Shown here: piece by piece, positions 12,540 through 26,797 of the stretch | Numbering within the stretch: the stretch's first letter is position 1 | Layout of the letters: the number at the start of each line of letters is the position of its first letter | From: Lama glama | Lineage: Eukaryota | Assembly (NCBI GenBank): GCA_028534125.1 | Contig: CM052817.1 | Location: 47,804,001 to 47,868,000, forward strand | Direction: 5' to 3' | Length of the DNA: 64,000 nucleotides | The notes under the pieces: model-generated | What the model was told of the DNA's origin: nothing | The model's input: the letters and a program-made list of their open reading frames with translations, nothing else | Databases searched by the model: none | Program-made: the position numbers and the translations under genes

Positions 12540-15500
12540 GTAAGACTTCCAGTGCTGTGACCATTTACAGAAACTCTCACTAGTCGAATTCTGTTACATT
12601 TAAAAAGTTTATACACAAGGTGAAAAACAGAAGAATTGTGGCATATATTGGGGAGAGAGGGAAGAATTAAAGGGGGTTAATCAGAGCTCAAATGTGACAT
12701 ACAGTGTTCTATTAGAATAGCCAAGAAATCAAGATAAGAATCTCATGAAAGAAAGAAAAACTACATAATCTGTCACTTTCTTTCCCAGATTTAATAACCA
12801 AGATCTGAGAATGGTTCAAAACTAGAATTTTTTAATTTGTTAAATGATAATGCAAATGGAGGCTGTGATCCATCACTGAGCTTTTTTTCCCCCTCAGACT
12901 TCAAATATGTATTGCCATTGAGAGTTCAGTATACCATAACAATGATGTATGAAGTCAACTGAGATTTCTGTGATCTTCAAGAAATCCTTTATAAGTAGTA
13001 TTTGAAAATGTATTATAGTTTCTAAAATATTTCACATAGAAGAATTTAATACCTATGAAACATGGCTACAAGATATTTCACCTATGTTTCATTAAGATCA
13101 TTCATCAAATGATGTCTTTATCTTTGAGCAATATGCAACTTTATCAATTTTGCACCTTGGGAACTTCCCATAATCAGTTTCAACTTACTTTCTGGCTGAT
13201 TCTTTAATGTTTATAAAGGAATTAGCTTTAATCTTGCTTTGAAAAATTGAAATTAAAATTTTCTTATAGTGCTGTCAGTTAATAGCTTCACTCAAGTCAT
13301 ATGTTAGTATTCATATTAACAACATTTAACCAGTGGAATAAAATGTGGATCCCAGAAATTATCAGTTATTAACTGACACAAATAACCTTACTCCTGACTT
13401 TTATTTTTATATCTACTTTTTTAATCTTACTTTCATTATTCAAATTATTTTAAATTTTATCTTATTCAATGCCCCTTATGAGACCTCTGAACAGGCCAAG
13501 TCCCCAGGAACCCTGAAAGCTTACTCCCTTGCCGAGGGTTTCCCTGGGGCAGATCTAAACCTGAAAAATCCTACTGAAGTACATTCAGACCCGAGTCTTC
13601 AAAACACAGAAAGTCTGGTAATGGTTAGGCCCTGGGCTTATATGTGGATGCCAAAATGTGGAACATGAGCTACCACTGTGAACTACTGACTCAGTAAGTG
13701 TACACTGTAACTCTTTGAAGTGAAGCCAGTATGCTTTGGAGAATAACAGGATTCTGCAACCTCTATTTCAACATCCTTTAGCATTCTCTTAGCTCTGATG
13801 AAATTGATGCTAAAAACTTCAAGTCAGCTCCCTTGAAGGTCTGAATTTCAGATTACCTCTTAGTCCTCTGTTCTCCAATACCTGAGGATGACCCAAATAC
13901 CAAGTCAGTGATTTACCTGGAAGCTACATGTGCTGTCTCCTGGCAGGACGCTACAAAGTATGCACAAGAAAGGAGTCGAGAGGAATTTTAGATGCTGGAG
14001 GATTGGTTTGGGTTATGGTTCTGTCTGTTAAGTTCTAGAGAGCTGACCAACCACCCACAGCATTTGTCTAATACACCTTTTCCAAAGTGTATTTCCCTCA
14101 AGACTCATCTTGGAAAAAAGTCTCCATGGCCAAACACATTTAAGAAATAAGCCATAATTAGTCCCTCTTGGTTGGTTTGCAATCAATGCTTTACTGTCCG
14201 AGCAGTTCTGAGAAATCAAAAAGAAAATTTAGCCCAGAGTTTCCCAAATGAGCTCTTTCCTAAAATGCCTGTATCCAATGAAGTAGTCTTTGGAAAACCT
14301 CAGCTCTAAAATTCACACTGCTGCAGCTCCACATGAACATCAGCTCGTCAGGCCCTTCCTCTCTCATCAAATGGCTTTGGGGATTCACAAGCCCCTGGGT
14401 ATGCCTTGGGCGAGAAGGGCTTACCAAATATGCCAAGTCTAGATGATATTATAATATCCACTTTATCTATCGTATGAGTGGCAAGAAAGTTATGTTCACA
14501 GACTGCCTCCTCTTGGCTTCTTTACTCAAAACTAAAATAGATAAAACACTAACCTACATTATATCTTTCCCTCTTGCCAAGAAACAAGCAAGAAGGCTAC
14601 TGACAGGAAATAATGCTACAAGAGATAAAACACTGCTGTTTGTAAGAGCTGTTTTTAAGAACAAGATATTATAAACATTTTCCTTTTGCTTTAAGCATTT
14701 CATCCTCAGCATAATTTTATTAAGCATGTTATCTAACAGAGAGAAGAAAGTAAGTTTCCCTTGGGTTGATGGATAACTGTATTTTTCCTTCTCCCACTTA
14801 CCCATCAAAAGAGGCTTAGACAATGTGGTTTATCCCAACCTTCCAAAACACTGCTGAATCATTCTCTTTTCTACAGGTTGTCCCTTCATCAGTAGTCATA
14901 TGAAAAAGCTGTCCTAAGTTTGATTCAGTGACATAGCTGTACAGAATTCTACAAAGTAATTCAGAATAAGCAGTCTATTTTCCCACGTATGTCTGTATAT
15001 CCTCTCTGCAAAACAAACACAATGGTGACTGGGGAGGTGACACAGATTTGAGAGCTACATGATGAAAAGAAGACAGTCATGCAAATATCTACTATGTTTC
15101 AAGCTGAAGGTGCAAAAAGTCCTGAGCTGGGAACAAATACCGCCTGATCCAAGTTCACAAGGCAGCCAGAGTAAAAGCATTTTTCAGGCTTAGCTGAGAG
15201 GGGGAAGGAGGAAGAGGTGAAGTCAGAGAGGTTGCTAACTCCATCATCAAAAGCCATGTCAACCTCCCTGAAAATCAACAGCAAAGTAACACTTTGTTTT
15301 TCTGAGGTGCAGTGCCAGGTATGCACTCACCATCATGTGTGGGGTACGGGGATAAGTACACACACCTTGAAAGGCCACAGGGTTGATTTATATAGGAGAA
15401 AGATGAAGAAATTCTTTAAAGGAACCAACTACCCTCCCCTTAGTATCTGTGGTCACTTAACTTCTTTATTCTGTCCATTGCTCCTTCCTCGCTCGTATTT

Positions 15501-16079
15501 TCCCCAAGTTGATGCCACTTCAGCCTACTGGCCTCCACACTCTGTACTCTGCACCCCAGGGGTTTGCATTAGCACCTCCCTCCTCTGAGAACACTGATCC
15601 TTCTCTATCTGCTCCAAGTTCACATGTAGAGAAGGCTTCCCTGACCTACCTACCTCAAATAGCACCTCCTACACCATTTTTCTCTATTCCCTTCCCCTGC
15701 TTTAGCTTTGTTTTGCTTTTGTTTTTAGCACTCATCACCTTATCATCAGCTGCTCATTTGTTTATTGTAATGAAAGTAAAATATAGAATGTAAGTTCCAT
15801 GAAATACCAAGTAAGTTCTGTTCCTTACTGGAATCCCCAGTTTTAGAACACTACTTGCTACATAGTAAGTATTCAATAGATTTTTGGAATAAAATCACAA
15901 AATGGGTAGCTTCCCCACATGGTAGTTTTGAGTATTTAAGGAAAATTAAATGTCAACTAGGACAATCGATATCCTGGAAGGAATAAACTTGCAAGCCTCT
16001 TGTTATTTTCATTATAATTATATAAAGCGTTCACTGTGAAGCACTGGCACTAGATTTCATGCACTGAATAGAACAGCTA

Positions 16080-16310
16080 ATCATTTACTGACAATGTACT
16101 AGCATGTTTAAAATCTCTTAAATTTATTTCACCCTTTCAACACATGAGGAGCTCAGCACTAATCTCCTCGTTTTATAAATGGGGAAAACTGAGGAAAAGA
16201 GAGGTTAAGTAACTTATCCAAAGTAACCAAGCAAGTAAGTAGCAGGATCCGAATTTCACATCAGTTCATTGGGTTTACAGAGACAATGCTCACAATCACA
16301 ACTTTGCTGC
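16080..16310 (-). mobile_element. MIR SINE
   Basis: ttttataaatggggaaaactgagg...gaggttaagtaacttatccaaagt MIR core. Confidence 0.7.
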
Positions 16311-17067
16311 CTCTTGTGAGATACACACCTGCAATACTGTCTTTCACTAATATTAGAAGAAGTGTAAGAGAGAACCACCCACTAACACCAATTTAGAGGG
16401 AATTAAGTGAAATCTATGCTATCTACCATGGTCATCCATAACTGACCCAAACCCCAGTTTATTCCTATTCCATGAAACCAGCTCTGTTTCCTAACTTTCC
16501 TCTATTTTCCCACCACCATCACCTCTGAATCATTTATGTTCAAATCTGTAGAACCCTCTTGGGTTTTACATTATTTTTCTTAACTATATTCAATCAAGTC
16601 CGTATTCTATACATTTCATCCCTGAAATGCATCAGCCTTGCACAGAACCTTCTCAGTATTCCCTTTATCTTCTTTACCCTCTCCATGTATCTGGTTCTAA
16701 AGGCCTATGAACACTGATCCTTTTATCTGCTACATTTCCATTTCCACATACTGTTCTCGTCCAGGTCCCTGTTCCCCTTTACCCGGCCATTGTAATGGCT
16801 TCCCTAATCAAATCTCTACCTCCCATCCCTTCCCCAATCAATTCATATTAAAACGCAATGCAAAACCTGACATAATGTGGTAAATGGAGCCCAAAAATAA
16901 ATAAAAATCAGGCCCGTTATTGGGGGATTAATGAAGTGTTGGGATTGAACATGTATAGTTGGCTGGTGAGACTCCAGGGATAAGACTGATATAAATCCAC
17001 CCCAGTTCTGATCTGTTTGGAGTCACCTGATGGTAGGTGCGACTTCAGGCTTAAATAGTGATGAGTC

Positions 17068-17546
17068 TGTGGTAGGCAGAATGAGCATTCTCCAAAAAAT
17101 GTCTACATCCTAATGCCTGGAACCTGCAAATAGGTTGCTTACATCGCAAGGGAGAATTAAGATGGCAGATAAAATAAAGGTTGCTAAGCTGCTGACCTTA
17201 AAATAGAAAAATAATGTATGATTATCTGAGTGGGGCCAATAATCACAAGGGGTTTTAAGGTAGAAAAGGGAAGCATAAGAGATGTCACTAAGGAGAAAAT
17301 GCACAAAGAGATACAAAGTTGCTGATCTTGAAGATAGAGGAAGGGGTTCTTGAGCCAAGAGGCCAACTCTAGAAGCTGGAATAGGTAAGGAAATGAATTC
17401 TCCCCTAGAGACTCCAGAAGAACACAGCCCTGCCGACAACTTGATTTTAGCTCTGTAAGACCTGTGTCAGACTACCCAGTAGAACTGTAAATTTAAGCCA
17501 TTAAATGTGTAGTAATCTGTTACAGTAGCAATAGAAATCTAATACA
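17068..17546 (+). mobile_element. MLT1D-like MaLR solo LTR
   Basis: Starts TGTGGTAGGCAGAAT, ends GCAATAGAAATCTAATACA; characteristic internal motifs. Confidence 0.88.
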
Positions 17547-20500
17547 TTAGGTTTCTGGGTCCTGTGACAGACTGGGACCTCCCAAGGGAAAAGAGCGCTG
17601 AGTGACGGCATCTCATTGTTGACAGACTGCAATTTTATTGGCCAGATCCAGGGAGAAATGAGCAGGAGATAACTGGGATACGTGTGGGCTCATTTCCTTG
17701 CTTTCTCAAAGTATTCTATTTTTACCTTCTCCTCCATGTTCCTCTGACCAGGGGAACCTGGTCAGCCTACCTCCTGAGAGAAGGACTACAGCATGTCACG
17801 TGGGATCCTAATTACAGGGGCACATGTATCTCGTAATTTATCTTATCACTGCATCTCACTATAAGAGTTGCTAACATTCACTGAGGGTTTACCACATGTT
17901 AAGCAAGAGATGTACTAAATATTTTTATATAGATTAACATTTCAGAGAACAGCCTTAACAAGTTACTATTTCTCTTCAATCTAAGATTTCTCTTCCCTGA
18001 ATACAGCTATGAGTTGGTCATTACCCTATGTGAGTATATTTCAACAGATACCCCATTACTTTAAAATGTAAGTAAAACTTTGGTGATCAAGTCTTCCAGT
18101 GTGTAAGTCCCATACTTCAGTTTCATTATGGGATTGCTCATTTGCCACACATGACTTGTGACTTTCTAACTTCAGGTATTTCTCCATGTTGTTCTCCCCA
18201 CTTAAAATTCCCCCCACCCCCGGCCCCGATTCACTTACTCCTGTTAAAGTCCTGCCCATCGTTCATGGTCCACTTCAAGTAATAACTCCTTTCATGAGGC
18301 TTTCTAAAAGCCTTTTTTCATTCTATGGTTTCATGACGCTTTGTTTCAATCTCTTCTATGGCAATGATCACTATCAGTGTTCTATTCTTATCTCTACAAT
18401 CAGACCTCAGGTCCTTAAGTACTGATGGCTTTCACGTTTTTGGCATGGTGCTTTATCATGTTGTTTATTTTTATATTGCTTTGAAAACTAAGCCCTGCAA
18501 TGAATTCTAAATTTCCAAGTCAAAATGCTGAAGACAACACCCTCACTCACACCGAAGGTGGGAGAGGGAACTTGCTCTTTTATCTTCACTCCTGCAAAAG
18601 CACTTGTAAGTGACAAGGTGCTCAGCCTTGAAGGGGAGGGGAGGTGGAATGAGATGCGTGAAGAAAGAATGCCTCCTTTGGGACTTTCATGAATGTAGCA
18701 TCTATATGCATTACCACCTGTGTTGAGCCCAAAGACATTAAATTTCAGTGAGTCTCTGAGGCCACCCACTACTGCAATCACAGTTTCTGGCCAACTGCCC
18801 CACTGCCCCTGTATTAATTTTCAAAATACAAAATGTTCCACTGATGGCACCCTAAGAAGTATAGTCAATTTCCTCTCAATTAATCTGTAGATGTCATGCA
18901 GAACTCTTAGTATTAAAAAGAATTGAATTTCTTTCCATCGACTCTAACTCAAATCACACCTGCCTGCAAGCATCAATATCAATATCAAAAACCAGAACAA
19001 TGCTTTATGCAATGAGGATTTAGAGTGTCGATGGGAATGCGACCCCAAAAGCCTGAAAAATGAACTAAAAGTGCTAGTTTGATTGCCACTTCTTTATTGA
19101 CAGCGTTTTTAATGATATAACAGTTTTATTTAGTTCCAATCAGGCAGCTTCCTAAACCAACCCAACAATGTTTAATTTCTCAACTAAAACCACTACTCTG
19201 AACATCTAGCCCAACTAGTTTGAATGAATACTACAAACCATATTCTTCAGCTGAAAAAAAAAAGCAATTATACTGACCTCTTCTGAAATAGATGAGTCTG
19301 TTGGTGTAGAATGGAAATAAAAACACCAAAGGAATAAAATTGCAAAAATATAAATGCCCAACAGTTCTAAAAGCCCATGATTCTCCAGAACATAAGAGGA
19401 AAATAGCAGCTTAAGACAGTCCCTGGCAACCTGTATAAGCATGTATTCACATCAACATTGTTTACGGTCCACCCACTGTTCATGGTATACAAACACCTTT
19501 TCTAGGGAACCAAACATCGTAACAGCAGTTAAAGCATTCAAAATACCCTTTTTAGCAAAGTTTATACCAAGACAGTGAGTACCGTGTTGTCTATCTCCAG
19601 TAGATTGAAATCTCACGAGGACAAGGATGTCTATTTTGCTCTCCATTGAATACTCAGTACTGAACCCAAAGCCTGGTGCAGAGTAAGTCTTCAAAACATG
19701 TATGAATGAGTCAGCTGTGTGGGGAGAGGGGAGATTGCAAGAAGCAGTGAAGACTTCCTGAAAGTAAATGAAGTGTTTTCAAAAGCCCAGAATTAGATAC
19801 AATGTACCAGAATGTTTCACAATACAGATGGAAAAGGGAATGCTATTGCAAAAAGCAACAGTTCCATTAAATGACATTTGTAAACATTTAGCGCTGAGGG
19901 GTCACAATGTGAAAGTGATTTCACTAGTGTCACTAGGATTATGTCAATATTTACTGAAACCATATCGTATCAAAGTCCAGACTGCCTTCTTCATAACTAC
20001 ATGGCACATTAACAGTATGTCATTTGCGATTCATTTGAGATAGGATTTAATTATATGAATCAAAGTGAGCTCAACGGGTGTGAAAACATTTATTAGGCAG
20101 TATTCCATAGAATGAGGAAACAATTTATATCATATTGCATATTAACTTCAGTATTCGTTATTTTTTGATGAAAAAGTGATTAACATATCTGCTTAGTCTG
20201 GTAAGCTATAGATCTTCTCTGAATAAATGAATTTTTATAAGAAATATTTCAAATAGTCTACCTGAAAGATACATGGTACAACAGCTTCCTCTACAGGGTA
20301 TTGTTAAAAGAGCAATTCTATCCTCAGAATTCTCAATTTCTTTCCTGCCTCTTTTGGGCTTCTTCCCTTGCTTCTGTCTCGCCCAAGGCTGAATATTCCA
20401 GCAAAAATGGTTTCAAAGCCATTTTAAGTCTTACATAGTTGATCTAGTTTTCCACTTTTTCTATCATTTCGCTTTCTAACTAAAGCAGTACATAACACCC

Positions 20501-20834
20501 AGGGATTCCAATGTACTTCTGTGCAAACACAAACAGTTGATTTAATTAAAGCTATATAACAGGAGACTTATCATAGTGTTCACTTACACATGCGCTCACA
20601 TTCTCAACACACTGAACAAAACTCTACTTTCTTGGAGAAGTGAGAAATCTGAATCTGGAAAGCCAGAAACAAAATAGTTCTTAAAATGTTCATCGGAGGT
20701 GTCCCCATTGAATGCAGACTCTCATTTTGCATATTTCCTGAGTGGTCACAATGAAATTAAAATGATCTCTGCAGTTCTATAGGAAGAGTTTATGAAACAA
20801 TGTTGGCTCCTCTGCATTAAGAAGAAAGGGGTTC

Positions 20835-21012
20835 TACTAAATATAAAACATATACAAGTTTATACTGTACAGCACAGGGAAGTGTATTCAATATTTTGTA
20901 GTAACCCAAAATGAAAAAGGATATGAAAGCAAATGTATGTATGTACACGTATGACTGAAGCATTGTACTGTACACCAGAAATTGACACAGCATTGTAAAC
21001 TGAATTAAAAAG
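20835..21012 (+). mobile_element. Short L1 3' end
   Basis: tactgtacagcacaggga...tgtacaccagaaattgacac family motif. Confidence 0.8.
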
Positions 21013-23723
21013 AAGAAAGTTCTTATTAGAGCTTTTTGTGTGTGTGTGGCTTGAAACCATAAGCTTTGGGGGGAAAAGACTCTGATAAATTCTACTGCTT
21101 CTAAAAGAGATGATTTTATAACCTTTTGGAAGTGATCTTAAAGTTTGAGGACAGAATTGTATAGTAAATTCAGGAATCTTTAATATATACAGTTATTTAA
21201 ATTCCACTTGAATATTTCTAGGACAAAACAAGCTCACTTCAAAAAGCTGCTTATCATTTCAGTTATCAATTAGCTGCAGCTACAATAAAATTCTCTCACA
21301 CTAAACTGGTACCAACCACCAGTCCTTCTTCCTAGCTCTACTTAGGAGCAACATAAAACAACACTGCCTCCTACTACCCCGTCTCCGACTACAGGAGGGC
21401 AGTTCTACCCTAAATGCTTTCCCTCTGTGCCCTTATCTTCAGCCCCACTGAATACCATTAATAATTAATGGAAAATTTCTGCCTTATTTTGACCTTTTGA
21501 AACTGTGACAATATCCAACCTTGTAAACTAATCAATAAATTACAGTAGCTCTTTATATTCCGTCGACTATTAGCCTCATCAACCCGACTGACTTGTCCCC
21601 GTTTCCAAGATAATGTGAAATTTGAACCCGCATGGTTTTTTCCACCTTCTCTTTGATCTTGATGGTATTTGAGTTTGTCTCTTATTACAAAATGCTGCTT
21701 AAGAGTGCCTTTATCCCTCAATTCTGACTTTTCTCACCTCAGTAATATAGTGTGTGTCAACCAGAAAGACACAGGGTGCAGCAGCTTCCCCTACAGGCAG
21801 TTCCCACCAGAATCAGGCATTTTCACCACTAATTCTAACAAATCCTAAAGAGACTTTAATCTCTTTTTAAAGGAAAAAAAGAAAACAGCCCCTTCCCCCC
21901 CAGCCTGTATCCAGCCATTAACACTTCCACTCCAGACCATCAAGCAAAAGTTTCTACTTTGTCTTATGCATATTCACTCTTCCACAGAGCTGAGGTGATG
22001 ACACTTAGGAGGTAAAAGGTAAAGGTAGTCACCATCATATCACCCAAGGTGAATTTCCCAATATTTAAATCCAGGAGGATAAGCTGCTAAACATTAAAAC
22101 CATTTAGGACATTCATATATACTTTTTTTTGGAAAGAGAGAGCATCAGAAAGCATTGGGAAATTTCCTAGACTTACTTGCATAAATGATGAATCAGGGAA
22201 GGAAAACACCGGCTGCCTTCCATGTGTTCACCCTCTTGTGTGTGTAGTAGGCCTGGGGAACAAGTGGGTCTCACCATCAGTACAGAACTCATCCCCTGTA
22301 GGAACGAGCTCTTCCCAACCTCTTGAATGGACTTCAGAGTAAGTTCTATGATTTTTCTGATCCAATAATAAAGTCCTCTGGTCCTTCTGAACCTCAAAAG
22401 AACCACCTCTTAACAGTCCTGGGAAGGTCTGGTTAGTTTAATAATCAAAAATTTGTAAGTTCATTTAAAGTTGACGCTGGCCCCCAGATCTGGTGTGTTT
22501 CCATCCTTTTGCCGATGGTGGCAAAGGGATTGTCCTGTCTCCTCTCTGCAGTTCTCTTCTCTCCTCTCCAGGCAGCTTTTAGCTCTTCCAGGGGTAACTC
22601 ACAGAACAGAGACGCGAGCAAGAAAGGAAGCAGCAGCAAATACTAATTCAGTGGGTAGTTTGGCGAGACAGTGTTGTTTTCTCTGGTAATGGGAACCATT
22701 CAAAAGTTGTCACTTCTCTTTGTGGGTTTTTTGGAGCTTTCTCTCCATCACCCTGCAGTCTCTCACATCCAGCTGGCACCTGGAGACCTCCCTTTGGCCC
22801 TTTGATTTTCTAATTGTATCTGCACAGAGGTATCCCACTGTTGGTAGTCTGCTTCCCCCTAGATAAGCCTTTTTTGAGGCGGATGGGAGGGAAGACATTT
22901 AAGACAACTACAGGCCAGCTTGCTCTCCTGTCTGATGTACATCGTGGACACAGGCCACAGTAGAGCTCCCTGCCACCCAGTCTTCTCCTTTGTTGCCCCA
23001 AGTCACTTAACCAGCCCTTTTCAGCTTTTAGATTCCCCAGTCTGAGTCAGACACCTGTCCCTTGTACACCAGCTTACAGGGGTCGCCTATCAAAGTCTGT
23101 TTCCTTGAAGCCCCTCTATGCTTGAAATGAGAAGTACTCTCCCACCATTTCCCTAAACCTACCACCCTTAGAACTTTCCCCCAAAAATATTTTGCTTAAT
23201 TTCCATCTTTTCCATCAGCTCAATTCCTAGCCTTTCCTTAGAGCCTGGAGGAGGGTCAGGGAGAATGGGTGGCAACACCAGCTCGCACACCCCTCCTTTA
23301 AAATCCTTAGCTCTTCACATTGGAATACAGACGTACTCTCCATTTATTTTTTATTTCTTGTTTCTCTAAAGGCCTTAGGTGAGATCGAGGTAAAGAAAGG
23401 AATGAAGGATAAAAAGATTCTCACATTGTTGGAAAAACAGAACCTAAGAGAAGGACTGACTTATCAATAGGTTCTGACTCACTAGTTGGTATATATATTT
23501 TGATTTACCTACTTCTGATATTCTTTTCCTGCCCTCCATTAAGATTTATAGCAAATTCTGATCCATTGTGAGAAAACACAAAGGCACCAAAAATGAAACT
23601 GCAAATAGAGAAAATGCTACTTTCCCATCAATGCATCATGTGGAAGACCCCTTTATATGTACATACATTTACTGTAACGTTTTAAGGGAAAAGATACAAT
23701 TTTTTACTATTTCTGGTTCCTAG

Positions 23724-23793
23724 GCCAAGATTATGAGAAAGATAAAGTCTGCAAGGAACTTGCCAGTTTGGGAAAAGATGACTTCACATCTTT
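23724..23793 (+). CDS. GC: GC exon 2
   Basis: ttcctag| acceptor; (G)QDYEKDKVCKELASLGKDDFTS(L); |GTAAGT donor; 70 nt, phase consistent. Confidence 0.97.
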
Positions 23794-24262
23794 GTAAGTA
23801 TGAGGTATTCACGCACTCTCTTGGTTACCTGACATTGACTGAAGCTAAGTGTGCAGTGACTTCAATTCCGTGTTGGGGGCTAATCTGTTCTCTGCTAACA
23901 TTGAGAGGATAGTGGGCAGAGATGTTGGGCAAGCAGAGGACGCCCAAAGATTCCAGCTCAGCTGTAGTTACTGTGGTCTAAGAATTTGTCACAAGTTTTT
24001 TAATAAGTTGAGGGAATAAGTACACATAGTTTTCTAAGGTGAATTAAAAGCAAGTAGTACATGCTAGGACTCCGGCAAACAAAGGCAATAAAGGTAGAGA
24101 CCCAGTTCATTTGCGGAGGCTGGAGGGAAGAAAGAATATGAAGCTGGTCTGATGGAACACCCAAATCCACCTTTTGCTGCTTTACAAGATTAGTTTTTGT
24201 TCTAGGTAAACTGATTTTTAAAGTCAATGTTATTATTTTCATTCATCAAGAACATGTGTGCA

Positions 24263-24456
24263 TTGTTAGCCACTATATATAAAAATAGATGAAAAGACAA
24301 ATTTCTTCTGTATAGCACAGGCAACTATATAACATCTTGTAACAACCTTTAATGAAAAAGAATAAGAAAATGAATATATGTGTGTATATGCATGACTGGG
24401 ACATTGTGCTGTACACCAGAAACTGACACATTGTAACTGACTGTACTTCAGTAAAA
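24263..24456 (+). mobile_element. Short L1 3' end with TSD
   Basis: Exact 15-bp TSD AAGAACATGTGTGCA at 24248-24262 and 24457-24471. Confidence 0.9.
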
Positions 24457-24570
24457 AAGAACATGTGTGCAATATTGCATTAGAAAACTGAACAGATTTT
24501 GTATCACAATGTGCAAATGCGAAAACCTTTAAAAATTCTGAATGTGTTGATTTACTTTTCCCCTCCTCAG

Positions 24571-24703
24571 GTCAATGGTCCTATACAGCAGAAAGTTTCC
24601 CAGTGGCACATTTGAACAGGTCAGTCATCTCGTAAGTGAAGTTGTCTCCTTGACAGAAGCCTGCTGCACTGAAGAGGCCGACCCCGACTGCTACGACAAC
24701 AGG
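24571..24703 (+). CDS. GC: GC exon 3
   Basis: ctcctcag|; SMVLYSRKFPSGTFEQVSHLVSEVVSLTEACCTEEADPDCYDNR; |GTAGGG; 133 nt. Confidence 0.98.
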
Positions 24704-25276
24704 GTAGGGCTGTGCGGTTGGCCATCTCTATGGTGGCCCATAGAAGCGAGTCAAGTAGGCTCTGATGTTATATCTTGGGGGAGTCTTAGCAACCCACCCA
24801 CTCCAAGGTTGGGGAAAATATGAAGCCTATTATCCCTAGAGCCCAAGGTGATTCTAGTACAACAAGCCACTTTTGCCCGTTAGTCCGACAAATTCCAAAT
24901 GAGAACAAACACCCAGTGGGGTTTTTATAGCAGAATGCAGGTTGGCGATCATATCAGAATCAATGGAGCTTTTTCCAATGACCTCCCTCATCCTCAGAGA
25001 TGTTAACATACTTGTGGAGAAACACTGAACTAAAGGATAAAACCTATAAAGTCTGCCCTCGCACACAGCCCACAGTAGCCCTTCGGTCCTACTGTGAGTC
25101 ATGTATTAACATAAGACCCCATACGTGCCTATAACTGCAATTATTCCACTTGTCACAGACAGTGTGTTACCAACGAGAGTTTTAAAATTTAAGGCTAAGA
25201 TGTTATACTACATGGAGAACTACAAGCCTGAAAGCTCGCCTATATGAGTTTACTTGCTTTTCTTTTCTCATCCTAG

Positions 25277-25488
25277 ACTTCAGCACTGTCTGCTAAGTCC
25301 TGTGACAGTGACTCCCCATTCCCAGTGCACCCAGGAACCGCTGAGTGCTGCACCAAGGAGGGCCTTGAAAGGAAACTCTGTATGGCCGCCCTGAAGCACC
25401 AGCCACAAGAATTTCCTACCTACGTAGAGCCAACAAACGATGAGATCTGTGAGGCATTCAGGAAGGACCCCAAGGGGTTTGCCAATCA
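25277..25488 (+). CDS. GC: GC exon 4
   Basis: atcctag|; TSALSAKSCDSDSPFPVHPGTAECCTKEGLERKLCMAALKHQPQEFPTYVEPTNDEICEAFRKDPKGFAN(Q); |GTAAGC; 212 nt. Confidence 0.98.
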
Positions 25489-26664
25489 GTAAGCCGTCTT
25501 CATTGTATGTGGAACTTCAGGGGATAAAACAGCCAGCATGATCTAACCGCCTGCTCTAGACACACACCTCTTACACCACGACCTGGACAACTTTCAGTAC
25601 CAAGAACTTGGCTGTCACCCAAGACAGCCCATCTCTGTCAGTACTAATGATTGTAAATGTCTTTCTCAGACAGAGATGCAACCAACCTTCCCAAATTCCT
25701 ACCCTCTCTCGCCCATGTTCTAGTATCCAAGCAGAAGCACCTGGATGCCATGTCCACGTGACATTTTCAAATATTTGACAGCAGCTACTGTGATTCCCCT
25801 TATGTTAGGGATCCTTACACACACCATCTGATAGAATTTTATCACTGTGCACAAGTACTTAATTTCTGGTAGAGCATAATAAACAGCCCCTTTCTTCATC
25901 CCTGTAGTGCATCCCCAGAAACAGCTGTGAACATGACACACGTACCACATAAGTGAACATGACTTTCACCTTCTCTTTGTTTAACATTCATGAGGAGCCA
26001 GATTATACATTGTTTCTTTAGTCTTGGAAGATCATAAAAATGAAAAATGGGAAAAATTATGATAATAAAAAGTAAATACATTTTACATGCACACACATAC
26101 ACAGACTGAAGTCAAAAGCAATGTCATTCAAACTTGCATTAGAAGTATGAAATCAAGGTCATGAGTTTATAAAAATTGGCTGGCTTGCCCATCCCCGTAC
26201 ATTTTCGGAGGATTTTGCCCAAGATCTCAGCATCTCTTTAGACCCTTAGGGGCTTATGCACCTGAAAATTAAGATGATTTCAACGAATAAGCACACCTAT
26301 ACATTAACAGTCATCTAGAATAAACAGACAATGAAAGATAAATGCCTAACATTCACTTTAATTTGTTTGATCAACATTCATAAGCAGCTACTACAGCCCA
26401 TGCACATGGCAGACACTAAATGAATAAAGGGACAAATGGGCCCCTCTCAAGTAATCCACCAGGAAAATTGGAAAGATTTTTTTAACAAAAATATTGATAA
26501 AAGTGACTAGTTTTATGACCCTTTCTTTAAAACCACAGTGCTTTTTAGATATTAAAACTATAAACTAACATAACATGCATCCTTTTTTTTATCAAATACA
26601 TATGAAAAAGTAGATTGTTTCCCACAAATGTTTTGACCAATCCTGCTATCTTCCCCCCTCACAG

Positions 26665-26797
26665 ATTTCTGTATGAATACTCCATTAACTATGGGCAAGC
26701 TCCTCTGACAATTCTAGTCAGTTACACCAAGAGTTACCTGTCTATGGTGGGGTCCTGCTGTACCTCACCAAGCCCAACAGTGTGCTTTCTGAGAGAG
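26665..26797 (+). CDS. GC: GC exon 5
   Basis: ctcacag|; FLYEYSINYGQAPLTILVSYTKSYLSMVGSCCTSPSPTVCFLRE; |GTAGGT; 133 nt. Confidence 0.98.
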
